59,586 bases of DNA, from contig JBBSNU010000001.1 of assembly GCA_038260455.1 (NCBI GenBank), forward strand, positions 1 through 59,586, given 5' to 3'. This document shows positions 20,290 through 28,865 of this stretch, piece by piece; position 1 is the stretch's first letter; each line of letters begins with the position of its first letter. A program made the position numbers and the translations under genes. Under the pieces are notes generated by a model, which worked only from the letters and a program-made list of their open reading frames with translations, made no database searches and was not told where the DNA came from. The stretch comes from Chroococcales cyanobacterium (GTDB lineage: Bacteria > Cyanobacteriota > Cyanobacteriia > Cyanobacteriales > Microcoleaceae).

Positions 20290-21126
20290 TTACTTGACCT
20301 TTCCTTTTGCTTTAGTTGTTTTACCAAGCCAATAAAGAGGCTCAATCATGTTGTAAGGTTGCCAGCGGGGGGCTTCTCTTAAAACTGAGGCCTTGCCTGA
20401 TTTTCCTTTTTCATCTGTGCGATTTGGTCTGGGGTCAGTTCGGCGTAATACACCAAATGTAGAAATTGCATAGAATCGGAGATTTCGGGGCGCGATTTTA
20501 TCGCGCAAAATATCTTTTGTTCTGGGGAGATGCAATCCAAATAAGTCTGTTTCTGGGTCAAGTCGTCCGGGCCAAAGTTCCCCTCTTTCACACTTACTCA
20601 TTGCCACTGCTAGGCGTAAGTCATTGGCGCGATCGTGAGAATCTATTAATTCTATAAACCGACTCATTACTCGGCTATAAAAACTGTCATCTGCTTTGTC
20701 CCAAGCCGTTAGGAGAATTAAACACCCTCCTACATCTTTCATTAAACATTCGTTAATAAACTCTTCATAAATATTATCCGATATAGTTGGGTCAGCTATT
20801 TTTTCAAATACCTCCCCTGGATAATCTCTAACGTTGAGTTGAAATGACTCTTGATTCGCCAACCAATGTTTTTTGATTTCCAAGTTAAAAGAGTAGTACG
20901 GCAAATCATCAACCGTTTGAATTTCTCGCCCAATGACTGTTGGCTCTACAGAGTCTCCCTGACAAATAATATTTTCAGCTAGATCTGCCAACTTTCTCGA
21001 ATCATCATTTAATGGGACAAGATTAAAATCTTTTGACTTTCCCATTGTTCGTTTTTTGTAGGCTAAGGCAGCTAGATAAGTTGTTTTCCCTGATGCTCTT
21101 GGCCCAATAATGCAAATATTTCCCAT
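20290..21126 (-). CDS. TRAFAC-like P-loop GTPase (2nd of tandem trio)
   Basis: G1 GPRASGKT, G3 DYPGE, G4 SKCE, ISTFG. Confidence 0.82.
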   Translation of the reverse strand: MGNICIIGPRASGKTTYLAALAYKKRTMGKSKDFNLVPLNDDSRKLADLAENIICQGDSVEPTVIGREIQTVDDLPYYSFNLEIKKHWLANQESFQLNVRDYPGEVFEKIADPTISDNIYEEFINECLMKDVGGCLILLTAWDKADDSFYSRVMSRFIELIDSHDRANDLRLAVAMSKCERGELWPGRLDPETDLFGLHLPRTKDILRDKIAPRNLRFYAISTFGVLRRTDPRPNRTDEKGKSGKASVLREAPRWQPYNMIEPLYWLGKTTKAKGKVK

Positions 21127-21139
21127 GATTTTTACTCCT

Positions 21140-21904
21140 TTACTTGGCTAAAAAGCTCGCTAAATAAATCCAAGGAAGTTCTAATAAAGACCGATTGTGA
21201 ATGCTAGTAATAAAGCAACGAACTGATAAGCCGGATACAGTTTTATTGATTTGCTCTATTTGTGGTTGTAGGGGTCGAAAGTATCGTTGAAAGACATAGG
21301 CATCTCGTTGTTGCCAATTCAACTTAGAGCGGTGAGGAATATACGCTAATTTAGAAACATCCACATCAAAATCACAAAATAGATCTGCTTTATTTAAGCA
21401 AATGATTAAATGTCTGACTTGCTTGCAATCGTAGCGAAAAAATTCTACCCACCGATTAAACCTATTACACCATTGCTGTTCAGTAATAAAATCATCAGGA
21501 TTTACATCTGCACCAGGCTTGATAATTTCTCGATATGGTTCAAGTATTAGCAAAATTCCCTCGCTTTTTAGAATAGTTTCTAAAAAATTATTCCATTCAT
21601 TTGGGTTTGCTAATTGCCAACTTTTTCGCCATATTTCCCCCGGCGTATCTATCCAATCTAAAGTAATTTGCTTGTGACCACTAGGAATTTCTACTTTAAT
21701 TTCTAAACTACGATTGTGAGTAGATGACACTGCATCTGTGGCTTTTGTACTCTCTAATTCATTATCATAGAGCATTGCTTTGAGAATTTCATAATCAGGA
21801 TAAGTAACTTTGACGTAGTTACTTTTTGGGTTGGCTAACTCCATCGCTAAATGGGTTTTGCCGGCAGCACGATCGCCAATATAAATCACCCCCATTGTTA
21901 TCAC
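21140..21904 (-). CDS. TRAFAC-like P-loop GTPase (1st of tandem trio)
   Basis: G1 GDRAAGKT, G3 DTPGE, G4 NKAD, TSI. Confidence 0.85.
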   Translation of the reverse strand: MITMGVIYIGDRAAGKTHLAMELANPKSNYVKVTYPDYEILKAMLYDNELESTKATDAVSSTHNRSLEIKVEIPSGHKQITLDWIDTPGEIWRKSWQLANPNEWNNFLETILKSEGILLILEPYREIIKPGADVNPDDFITEQQWCNRFNRWVEFFRYDCKQVRHLIICLNKADLFCDFDVDVSKLAYIPHRSKLNWQQRDAYVFQRYFRPLQPQIEQINKTVSGLSVRCFITSIHNRSLLELPWIYLASFLAK

Positions 21905-21907
21905 CTC

Positions 21908-23485
21908 CTACTGTGCTAAATAATCTGTTAAAAAAGGTTTAGTTGTTGGCGTATGCGAAGTATTCATCCGCACGATCGCACTTTGTCCACTCGGCAGTGC
22001 AGCCAAAGGCCGATTGCTAATCTCCCAAACTCCCAAAACAGGAACTCGTTCGTAGTTGATACTTCTTTGATGGAAGGGACTGGGGCCAACCCCCCCTTGA
22101 GCTACAGTCATACTTATCACCTGCCTTTGATATTCACCTAACGGTTTACTCAGCCACTCTGCTGTTTTGTGACTCACTCCTTGTAAAAAGATTTGCGTTC
22201 GACAGTTGTTGAGTGCTGGCAGAGTTTTTTCTGGAAATTGGTCTATTGATTGGCACATCAAAAAAATGCTTGCTTTCGCATTGCGGCCAATGGCCGTTAG
22301 TTCTTCATAGTTAATATTTTCCAATCTAGGAGCTTCATCGCAGATGATATAAGTCGGAGTCCAGCTATGACTGGGATTTTTCATCCGGCGGTACATCACA
22401 TTCATCACATAGGTAATCATCACCGCTGCCAAAGCAGAGCCAAATTTTCCGTCTGCTAGCGATTGACCAACTACTAAAGCGATCCGAGAAGTGCCATTCA
22501 AAGCTTTTAATAGAAAAATTCCGCTGGCACCGTCGCAAATTTTTCTCACTCTTGGGTCTTTGAAAGGACTGAGTTTATTTTGTAAAAAGCTAATATCTAG
22601 CCCAAATCTGCTATCGGGAAGAGTTAGATAAGAATAAAGGTCTGAACCCCACTGAGAATTAGCTTGCGGTAAATTATCTAACAAACCTTGCACGGCATCT
22701 CTGTCCATAATAAGAGCAGATAAATCGCTTGGGTCAAGTTTGATTAAATTTTGTCGTCTCGCTTCCACAACAACTCCTAAAATGGCACTCAGCCACAGGA
22801 TGTCTCGCTTCCAAAAAGCAGAGTTCGGGTCTGTGTCGTTAAATTGGCCGTAGAGTGCTTGGGCGATCGCCCTAATTTCGTTCTCAGTCCCAAATTTTTC
22901 CAACTCCTCCAAAAAGTTCCAAACAACTAAGTTTTTAGTCCCGCTCAAGTCCCAACAAACTAACTTTGACCCCGCACTGCGAGCCATCCCCGAAAGGCGA
23001 TCGCCCAAAAAACCCGCAGCATCAACGCAAACCAGATTACCCTTAGACATCAAGTTACCAGCAGACTTCAACAGCAGTTCCGTTTTACCTGAACCCGTTG
23101 CCCCCGCAATCAAAACGTGTTGATGTAAAGACTCGTTAGGAATCCAAAGGTCAGTTGTCAATCTAGCTTGACCGCGCCTAAAATTTACATAATTACCCAG
23201 CCAAAAATCACCATTTTTACCATCACCATGTGCTAAATTTTTTACTTCTTTGCTACTGGCTGTTTGCGAATAATCAAAAAGCTCTTGATATCTCACAGAA
23301 GGTTTAAGAGACTCCCCCGGGCCAATAATTAGAAGAGCTTTACTATTGGCAGCAGCACCGACGGACTTGAAACTTTCATGAAATATCCAGCCGAACATTT
23401 TGAAAATTTGTCTGGCAAAAAACCCTAAAACTTTCAGGTAGAGTTGGATTATCCACCAAAAAACACCAAAAAGAAATTGCTCCAT
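21908..23485 (-). CDS. VirD4/TraD-like coupling ATPase (FtsK/HerA superfamily)
   Basis: N-terminal hydrophobic segment, HVLIAGATGSGKT, SAFW motif, Walker B IICDEA, GRN...CQSIDQ, NNCRTQIF, TAEWLSK. Start MEQF at 23485 with AAGGA RBS. Confidence 0.85.
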   Translation of the reverse strand: MEQFLFGVFWWIIQLYLKVLGFFARQIFKMFGWIFHESFKSVGAAANSKALLIIGPGESLKPSVRYQELFDYSQTASSKEVKNLAHGDGKNGDFWLGNYVNFRRGQARLTTDLWIPNESLHQHVLIAGATGSGKTELLLKSAGNLMSKGNLVCVDAAGFLGDRLSGMARSAGSKLVCWDLSGTKNLVVWNFLEELEKFGTENEIRAIAQALYGQFNDTDPNSAFWKRDILWLSAILGVVVEARRQNLIKLDPSDLSALIMDRDAVQGLLDNLPQANSQWGSDLYSYLTLPDSRFGLDISFLQNKLSPFKDPRVRKICDGASGIFLLKALNGTSRIALVVGQSLADGKFGSALAAVMITYVMNVMYRRMKNPSHSWTPTYIICDEAPRLENINYEELTAIGRNAKASIFLMCQSIDQFPEKTLPALNNCRTQIFLQGVSHKTAEWLSKPLGEYQRQVISMTVAQGGVGPSPFHQRSINYERVPVLGVWEISNRPLAALPSGQSAIVRMNTSHTPTTKPFLTDYLAQ

Positions 23486-23518
23486 TTTATGTTCCTTTAG
23501 CAATGCAGCGCGATCGGA

Positions 23519-23845
23519 CTAGATAGATGCAGATGGTGGCTGGGCTGTTGGAGTTGACCGCGATGTTTGAGGAACGCTTTGTTTGAGAGTGGCAAGTTTT
23601 TGTTGATTCGGGGTTTGCTGTGTTTGCTGTTGTTGAGTGGGGGTTTGTGCCTTCAAGTCAGCTAGCTTTTGCTTGAGTTCCGCCATCGTTGGACTGGTTG
23701 TTGTTTGCCCCTGCGTTGCAGTTTGTTGAGTTTTTGGTTGACTCTCTCTTTTGCCAACTTCTTTGTTCTCTATTGCATCGTTTCTTTTCACATCCCAACT
23801 CTCCTGGGGAGTTGGAGCTTTTGGTTTCTGCCGCTGTCTTTCCAT
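23519..23845 (-). CDS. Small Gln/Thr/Pro-rich low-complexity protein
   Basis: First gene of the minus-strand run; ATG 23845 (MERQRQ) with AAGGA upstream; short coiled-coil MAELKQKLADLK. Confidence 0.65.
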   Translation of the reverse strand: MERQRQKPKAPTPQESWDVKRNDAIENKEVGKRESQPKTQQTATQGQTTTSPTMAELKQKLADLKAQTPTQQQQTQQTPNQQKLATLKQSVPQTSRSTPTAQPPSASI

Positions 23846-23956
23846 AAATTTCAATCCTTTTGTCAAACTAGAATTTGAGAGCCCGATCGCCCTAAACAGA
23901 CAGTCCAGGACGCAAGATCGCCACAGACTGGGGGAATCAAGCCGATCGCCCACCGC

Positions 23957-24055
23957 TTGACTGACTGTTTTTTAGACCATACTTAACTTATAGCATACAA
24001 ACATACATTAACATAACATACAATAAAATAAACCAACAGGACATAAGTCAGTCAA
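23957..24055. promoter_or_regulatory. Divergent control region with 9-bp inverted repeat and CATA repeats
   Basis: TTGACTGAC (23957-23965) / GTCAGTCAA (24047-24055) flank an AT-rich tract with repeated CATAC/ACATA. Confidence 0.45.
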
Positions 24056-24127
24056 CCAAAAAGCTTTGTGAACTTCTGGTTATGCTGGAGTCAGTAGGGA
24101 CAGTGCATCGGAAGCAAAAATAAAACT

Positions 24128-25867
24128 ATGGATTTTGAAGAAACCCTAAAACTCGTGGATGCAGCCGTTTTTGCCCAAACGGACAGACACCTCAGCGACC
24201 CGGAAGTAACGATTTTGCGGGGGGCGTGTCTGGGGATGACCTACGAGCAAATGGCCGAGGACTCTCAATATAAGGTGAATTACCTGATGCGAGACATTGG
24301 CCCTAAGTTCTGGAAGCTGCTTTCAGAGGCCTTTGGAGAGGAAGTGAGCAAAGCCAATTTGCGGGCCGCACTGGGGCGACAGTTGCGATCGCCCTCGTTA
24401 CAAGCCCCACAACAAATGCAGCTACCTCAAGCACCACGTCTGTCTGAATCTGCGATCGTTTCTGCTGAAAGTGCGATTCCTCTTGAACACCCGCTGGTGA
24501 ATTGGGGTGAGGCCCCAGATGTTCCTAATTTCTGCGGCCGCACTCAACAACTGAGCGATATCAGACATTGGATTGTCAAAGAAAACTGTCGCTTGGTGGT
24601 GTTGAGCGGAGTCGCCGGAATTGGCAAGACAACTCTGTCGGTCAAGCTAGCCCAACAGTTGAAAGATGAATTTGAGTGCGTGATTTGGCGATCGCTCCAC
24701 CAAGCACCACCTCTCATCAATCTCTTAGATTACCTCATCCAAATTTTTGAGCGATCTGCGCCAATTAATTTACCAGTAGATGTCGATGAAAGTATCACGC
24801 AAGTAATAGCAAGTTTGCGCTCTAAAAAATGTCTGATTGTTTTAGATGCAGTTGAGACAATATTAGAACCGGGTAAGTTAGCCGGACATTATCGAGACGG
24901 CTATGAGAAATATGGAGAATTTCTCAAACGAGTTGCAGAACAACAGCATCAAAGCTGTTTAGTAATAGTGACCAGGGAAATGCCCGAAACTATTGTACCG
25001 CTCGTGGGAACTAATTTCCCCGTCCGAGATTTAAAACTGACTGGTTTGGATGCAGCCGAAGCGCGAGACATTTTTCAGGCTCAAAATCTGTCAGACGAGG
25101 AGAAATGGAGCGATTTGACTAAAATTTATCAGGGGAATCCTTTAGAATTAAAAATTGTAGCTCCTGCTATCCGTGAATTATTTAATGGCAAAGTTTCTGA
25201 GTTTCTTAAACGCAAAACTTTCGTATTTGGGGGAATTAAGGCTTTATTAAATGACCAGTTTCAACGGTTGGTTGACTTAGAGAAATCTATTCTCTATTTG
25301 TTGGCTATCGAACGCCGTCCCGTTTCCCTAGAACAGCTATCCGATAATCTTTTGTGGCCGATATCTAATTCGGATATTTTAGAAGCTTTATCTTCTTTGC
25401 TGCGCCGGGAACTGATTGATAAAAATGCGGGGACTGGTCAAGCTGAATTCATACTTCACCCAGTCTTAATGCAGTACGTGACTGAGCAATTAACAAACGA
25501 GGTTTGCCGCGAAATATTTTCACTTCTCAAAACTCACAAACCAGATTACAAAAATATTAAACTTCTTAAACATTATAAAATGTTTAAAAATCAGAAGCTA
25601 GAATCTGGTGCTAAAAATGCTATTGAACCAAATCCGATTATTACTTCGGTTAACCATACTCTGACTAAGCTATATAAAAGTAATAGCAAAGGATGCGAGG
25701 AGCAGTTAAAAAAAAATTATTCTCTGGTTCAAAATCAGTCTGATTGGGAAACAGGATACCTTCAGGATAATTTAGAAGATTTGCTAGCGGTTATGAAATC
25801 CGATGCAAAAACTATAAAACAAGACGATCCTGAAAAGCTGAAGAAATTACCTGCAAATAGCTTTTAG
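24128..25867 (+). CDS. wHTH + NB-ARC (STAND) ATPase lacking a C-terminal repeat sensor
   Basis: N-terminal TYEQMAE...GPKFWKLLSEAFGEEVSKAN HTH; WGEAPDV, Walker A GVAGIGKT, Walker B LIVLDAVE, GNPLEL; no WD40 follows. Confidence 0.88.
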   Translation: MDFEETLKLVDAAVFAQTDRHLSDPEVTILRGACLGMTYEQMAEDSQYKVNYLMRDIGPKFWKLLSEAFGEEVSKANLRAALGRQLRSPSLQAPQQMQLPQAPRLSESAIVSAESAIPLEHPLVNWGEAPDVPNFCGRTQQLSDIRHWIVKENCRLVVLSGVAGIGKTTLSVKLAQQLKDEFECVIWRSLHQAPPLINLLDYLIQIFERSAPINLPVDVDESITQVIASLRSKKCLIVLDAVETILEPGKLAGHYRDGYEKYGEFLKRVAEQQHQSCLVIVTREMPETIVPLVGTNFPVRDLKLTGLDAAEARDIFQAQNLSDEEKWSDLTKIYQGNPLELKIVAPAIRELFNGKVSEFLKRKTFVFGGIKALLNDQFQRLVDLEKSILYLLAIERRPVSLEQLSDNLLWPISNSDILEALSSLLRRELIDKNAGTGQAEFILHPVLMQYVTEQLTNEVCREIFSLLKTHKPDYKNIKLLKHYKMFKNQKLESGAKNAIEPNPIITSVNHTLTKLYKSNSKGCEEQLKKNYSLVQNQSDWETGYLQDNLEDLLAVMKSDAKTIKQDDPEKLKKLPANSF

Positions 25868-25950
25868 AATTTGTAGGGCGGTGCTCTGTGTCCGCCATGA
25901 TTCGGGGTTTATTCTTGTAAGTTCTACAGTTATGGACGCATCCATACCAA

Positions 25951-26015
25951 AGAAACCGGGTTTTTTACCGGAATTCAAGGTTTGGATACAATATTTTGGT
26001 AAAAACCCCGGTTTC
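25951..26015. repeat. AGAAACCGGG-type intergenic inverted-repeat element
   Basis: AGAAACCGGGTTTTTTACC ... GGTAAAAACCCCGGTTTC; related copies at 29972, 42431 and 50206. Confidence 0.8.
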
Positions 26016-26073
26016 CGGTTCTAGGACAGTTCTATAATGTTGAGTTTTATCGTCGAAAAATTAGGAGGAGATT

Positions 26074-27780
26074 GTGGATAGCTTTGATGAGCAAATGTTG
26101 GGAATTGAAAATATTAGCTACTGCATCAATCCTAAGTGTCAGCAACGCCAAAACCCTGATGACTCGGATACTTGTATCGCTTGCGACACACCATTGTTAA
26201 TCAACAATCGCTATCGAGCGACGAGAATACTATATCAAAACGATCGCACTGAGATTTTTGAATTACAAGATTTCGGGTTTGGTGAAGTAGGTTGGGATGT
26301 TCCCAAAATTTTAAAAATCCTAACCGATGATAGCAATTTTAATTTAGTTCGACTGTTTCAACAAGAAGAACTGATATTGCGACAACTAAAACATCTAGCA
26401 ATCCCTCAAGTATTTCCAGGAGGATACTTTACTTGTGAAACCAGTTATGGTATGAAGTTACACTGTTTAGCAATGGAGCAAGTTGAAGGTGAAAATTTCG
26501 GAATTTGGCTGGAAAAAAACGGAATGATTTCCGAACATCAAGCGATTGATTGGCTCAAGCAATTAACAAATATTTTAGAAGCGGTGCATAACAAAGGTTT
26601 TTTTCACAGAGATATTAAGCCTAGTAATATTATGTATCGTCCCGATGGAAGTTTAGTATTGATTGATTTTGGTGCTGCAAGGGAGATTATGTCTAGTACC
26701 TACGTTGATAAATATGAAAATCAGGATGTTACTTTAATCTGTTCTTCTGGTTATACACCTCCCGAGCAAATTAATCGCGCAGCTATTCCCAAATCAGATT
26801 TGTTTGCTTTGGGACGGACTTTTGTGCATTTCATGACGGAAAAACACCCAGATTGTTTACCAAAAACTGCGAGGGGAGAGTTGATTTGGCGAATTTTTGC
26901 GCCGCAAATATCAGCACCTTTGGCAGATTTAATTGATGAAATGATGGCTGATGATTCTCAGCGCCGTCCTCAAAATACATCCACGGTTTTGCAGCGGCTA
27001 GCTAAAATTGAATGTATCGATCTAATTGTCCAAAAATTTAAATATAAAGCTGCTCTAAAAATAGTAATAAATTCGGGTTACTGGGGTAAAAAACTGATAG
27101 AGTCTCGTTTCGTTCAGTTAGGAGTAGGTGCGTCGCTGTTTCTCGGATTTATGTGTTGGAAATTAGTTGCGCCTGAAATAGCTATTTATTTCAATAATTC
27201 GGCCGCTGCTAGTTACGAATTAAAGAATTTAGACAGCGCTCAATTTTATCTAAAATTAGCAGTGGTGCTTGACCCGCAACTGGGAGAGTCTTATTATACT
27301 GAAGGGTTGATTTTTGATGCCAAGCGAGACTTTCATGCTGCGCGCGATCGCTACGAAAAAGCTGTGGCAAATGTTCCCGCTAAATCTCTCAACAATTTGG
27401 CTCGATTGGATATTCTAGAAAAACAGTATGCGGCTGCTATTCCCCGACTGGAAAAGGGATTGCAGCTTGTTAAAGAGGTGGATTTAAAGTCGGCTTTGCA
27501 CAAGAATATGGGCTGGGTACTGTTGGAGTCGGGTGATTACCAGCAGGCTGAGAGTCACTTAAGTAAGGCGATCGCACTTGATACACAGCGCGCTTCTGCA
27601 TACTGTCTGCTAGCGCGGGTGCGAGAAGCTCAAAGAGATAGCAGCGGGGCATTTACGGCTTGGCAAAGTTGCCTGAGATACGCCCAAAATGAAAAATATC
27701 AGCCGGAACTAGAAAACTGGGTTATTCAGGCACAGCAGCGCTTACAAGTGCCGGAAAATCAAGGGTTCCAGCAACAATAA
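26074..27780 (+). CDS. Receptor-type Ser/Thr kinase: 4-Cys zinc finger, kinase, TM helix, TPR domain
   Basis: CINPKC...CIAC; HRDIKPSN, DFG, GYTPPE; TM LGVGASLFLGFMCWKLVA; TPRs (HKNMGWVLL). AGGAGGAG RBS before GTG. Confidence 0.9.
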   Translation: MDSFDEQMLGIENISYCINPKCQQRQNPDDSDTCIACDTPLLINNRYRATRILYQNDRTEIFELQDFGFGEVGWDVPKILKILTDDSNFNLVRLFQQEELILRQLKHLAIPQVFPGGYFTCETSYGMKLHCLAMEQVEGENFGIWLEKNGMISEHQAIDWLKQLTNILEAVHNKGFFHRDIKPSNIMYRPDGSLVLIDFGAAREIMSSTYVDKYENQDVTLICSSGYTPPEQINRAAIPKSDLFALGRTFVHFMTEKHPDCLPKTARGELIWRIFAPQISAPLADLIDEMMADDSQRRPQNTSTVLQRLAKIECIDLIVQKFKYKAALKIVINSGYWGKKLIESRFVQLGVGASLFLGFMCWKLVAPEIAIYFNNSAAASYELKNLDSAQFYLKLAVVLDPQLGESYYTEGLIFDAKRDFHAARDRYEKAVANVPAKSLNNLARLDILEKQYAAAIPRLEKGLQLVKEVDLKSALHKNMGWVLLESGDYQQAESHLSKAIALDTQRASAYCLLARVREAQRDSSGAFTAWQSCLRYAQNEKYQPELENWVIQAQQRLQVPENQGFQQQ

Positions 27781-27823
27781 TTTTGTTGGACAACTGTTAA
27801 TTTTGACAATCAAGCGGCTACTT

Positions 27824-27853
27824 TGCATAAAAAACCCAGAATACTCCCGATAT
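27824..27853 (+). promoter_or_regulatory. Putative alternative-sigma promoter, copy 1
   Basis: TGCATAA-N17-CGATAT upstream of 27922. Confidence 0.65.
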
Positions 27854-27921
27854 TTCAATAGAGACAAGCGAAACCTTTCAAGCTTGTTGACACCGCACCT
27901 CTGTTGAATTAGGAGTCAGTT

Positions 27922-28107
27922 ATGCGCCGGAAATTCACACTGTTAGAGACTACCTTGATTTCGCTGTTGCTTGCTAATTTGATTGGCAATATCTACTTAG
28001 AATCGAAGACGACTGCTGCTATCGCTGCGCCAGTCGATCGCCCTTCATCTCTGATACCTGTCGCGGGCTACTGCGAGTGTCCGAAAACTCCACCGGGTGG
28101 CAAATAG
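27922..28107 (+). CDS. Small exported peptide (61 aa)
   Basis: AGGAG RBS; basic N-terminus, hydrophobic stretch, AIA cleavage-like site; C-terminus GYCECPKTPPGGK. Confidence 0.7.
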   Translation: MRRKFTLLETTLISLLLANLIGNIYLESKTTAAIAAPVDRPSSLIPVAGYCECPKTPPGGK

Positions 28108-28119
28108 CAGAATTCGATC

Positions 28120-28147
28120 GCATAATTCTCTCCCCCTTAACGGATAT
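28120..28147 (+). promoter_or_regulatory. Putative alternative-sigma promoter, degenerate copy 2
   Basis: GCATAA-N16-GGATAT upstream of 28209. Confidence 0.45.
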
Positions 28148-28208
28148 ACAAATAGCCGCGCCCTTGTGCGCGGCTGTCAACCCTCAAAACTACAGGAACA
28201 TAAAAGTC

Positions 28209-28745
28209 ATGGCTACCACACTCCCTGCGATCGCACATTATCTCGAAAATCGCAACTGGGTTTACAATTTTGATGAGGACAATTCTCGGATTATGACGGG
28301 AGTTAATGCAGAGAATGTCGAGGGTTTTCTTATTGTAATTCAATTAACCGAAAATGGTGAATACGTGCAATTTATTGCTCCACAATTGTTGCAGGTAAAA
28401 GACCAAATTTTTAAAGGCATTCTGTTTCAAACTATGCTGGCTATTAACTCGGAAGTCAAGATGCTGCGGTTTGAATATGACCCGTCTGATGGGGAAGTTC
28501 GCGCTTCTATTGAGTTGCCTTTGGAGGATGCTGAGTTCACGGAACGCCAGTTTAATCGCTGTTTGAGCAGCTTGATTGAGTTGGTGGATGAAGTGGCAAT
28601 GCCTCGGTTAAAAACTGTGCTGGCAACTGGTATCGATCCTGGGAGAAAAAATTTGGCGGCGAGGCTTTTGGATGGGATGCCGGATGAGTTGGTGAGTTTG
28701 TTGGAACAGGCGATCGCTCTTCGTCAAGAACAACATGATATTTAA
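28209..28745 (+). CDS. YbjN / type III secretion chaperone-like protein (paralog 1)
   Basis: LTENGEYVQF, KMLRFEYDPSDGEVRASIELPLED; start MATTL (28209) with AGGA RBS, matching paralog 2. Confidence 0.75.
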   Translation: MATTLPAIAHYLENRNWVYNFDEDNSRIMTGVNAENVEGFLIVIQLTENGEYVQFIAPQLLQVKDQIFKGILFQTMLAINSEVKMLRFEYDPSDGEVRASIELPLEDAEFTERQFNRCLSSLIELVDEVAMPRLKTVLATGIDPGRKNLAARLLDGMPDELVSLLEQAIALRQEQHDI

Positions 28746-28810
28746 AGTTGATCATATTTATTGATTTATGTCAATCAATATGCTGTCAAAGGTTGGGTTC
28801 AGAGGAATTC

Positions 28811-28839
28811 TGCATAATTTCTCTGTGCCGAGTCGATTA
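28811..28839 (+). promoter_or_regulatory. Putative alternative-sigma promoter, copy 3
   Basis: TGCATAA-N16-CGATTA upstream of 28866. Confidence 0.7.
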
Positions 28840-28865
28840 AATTTTGTACCGACTAACTGGGAGAA

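Noticed and set aside
21908-23485. Calling the region a conjugative element
   Set aside because: Only the coupling ATPase is recognisable; no relaxase, VirB4, integrase or oriT evidence.
26586-26613. TGCATAA inside the kinase CDS (also GCATAA near 81, 3417, 13236 and 36655, and on the minus strand near 1889, 13593 and 24085)
   Set aside because: These lack CGA at the 16-17-nt spacing and/or lie inside coding sequence, so they were not counted as promoter copies.
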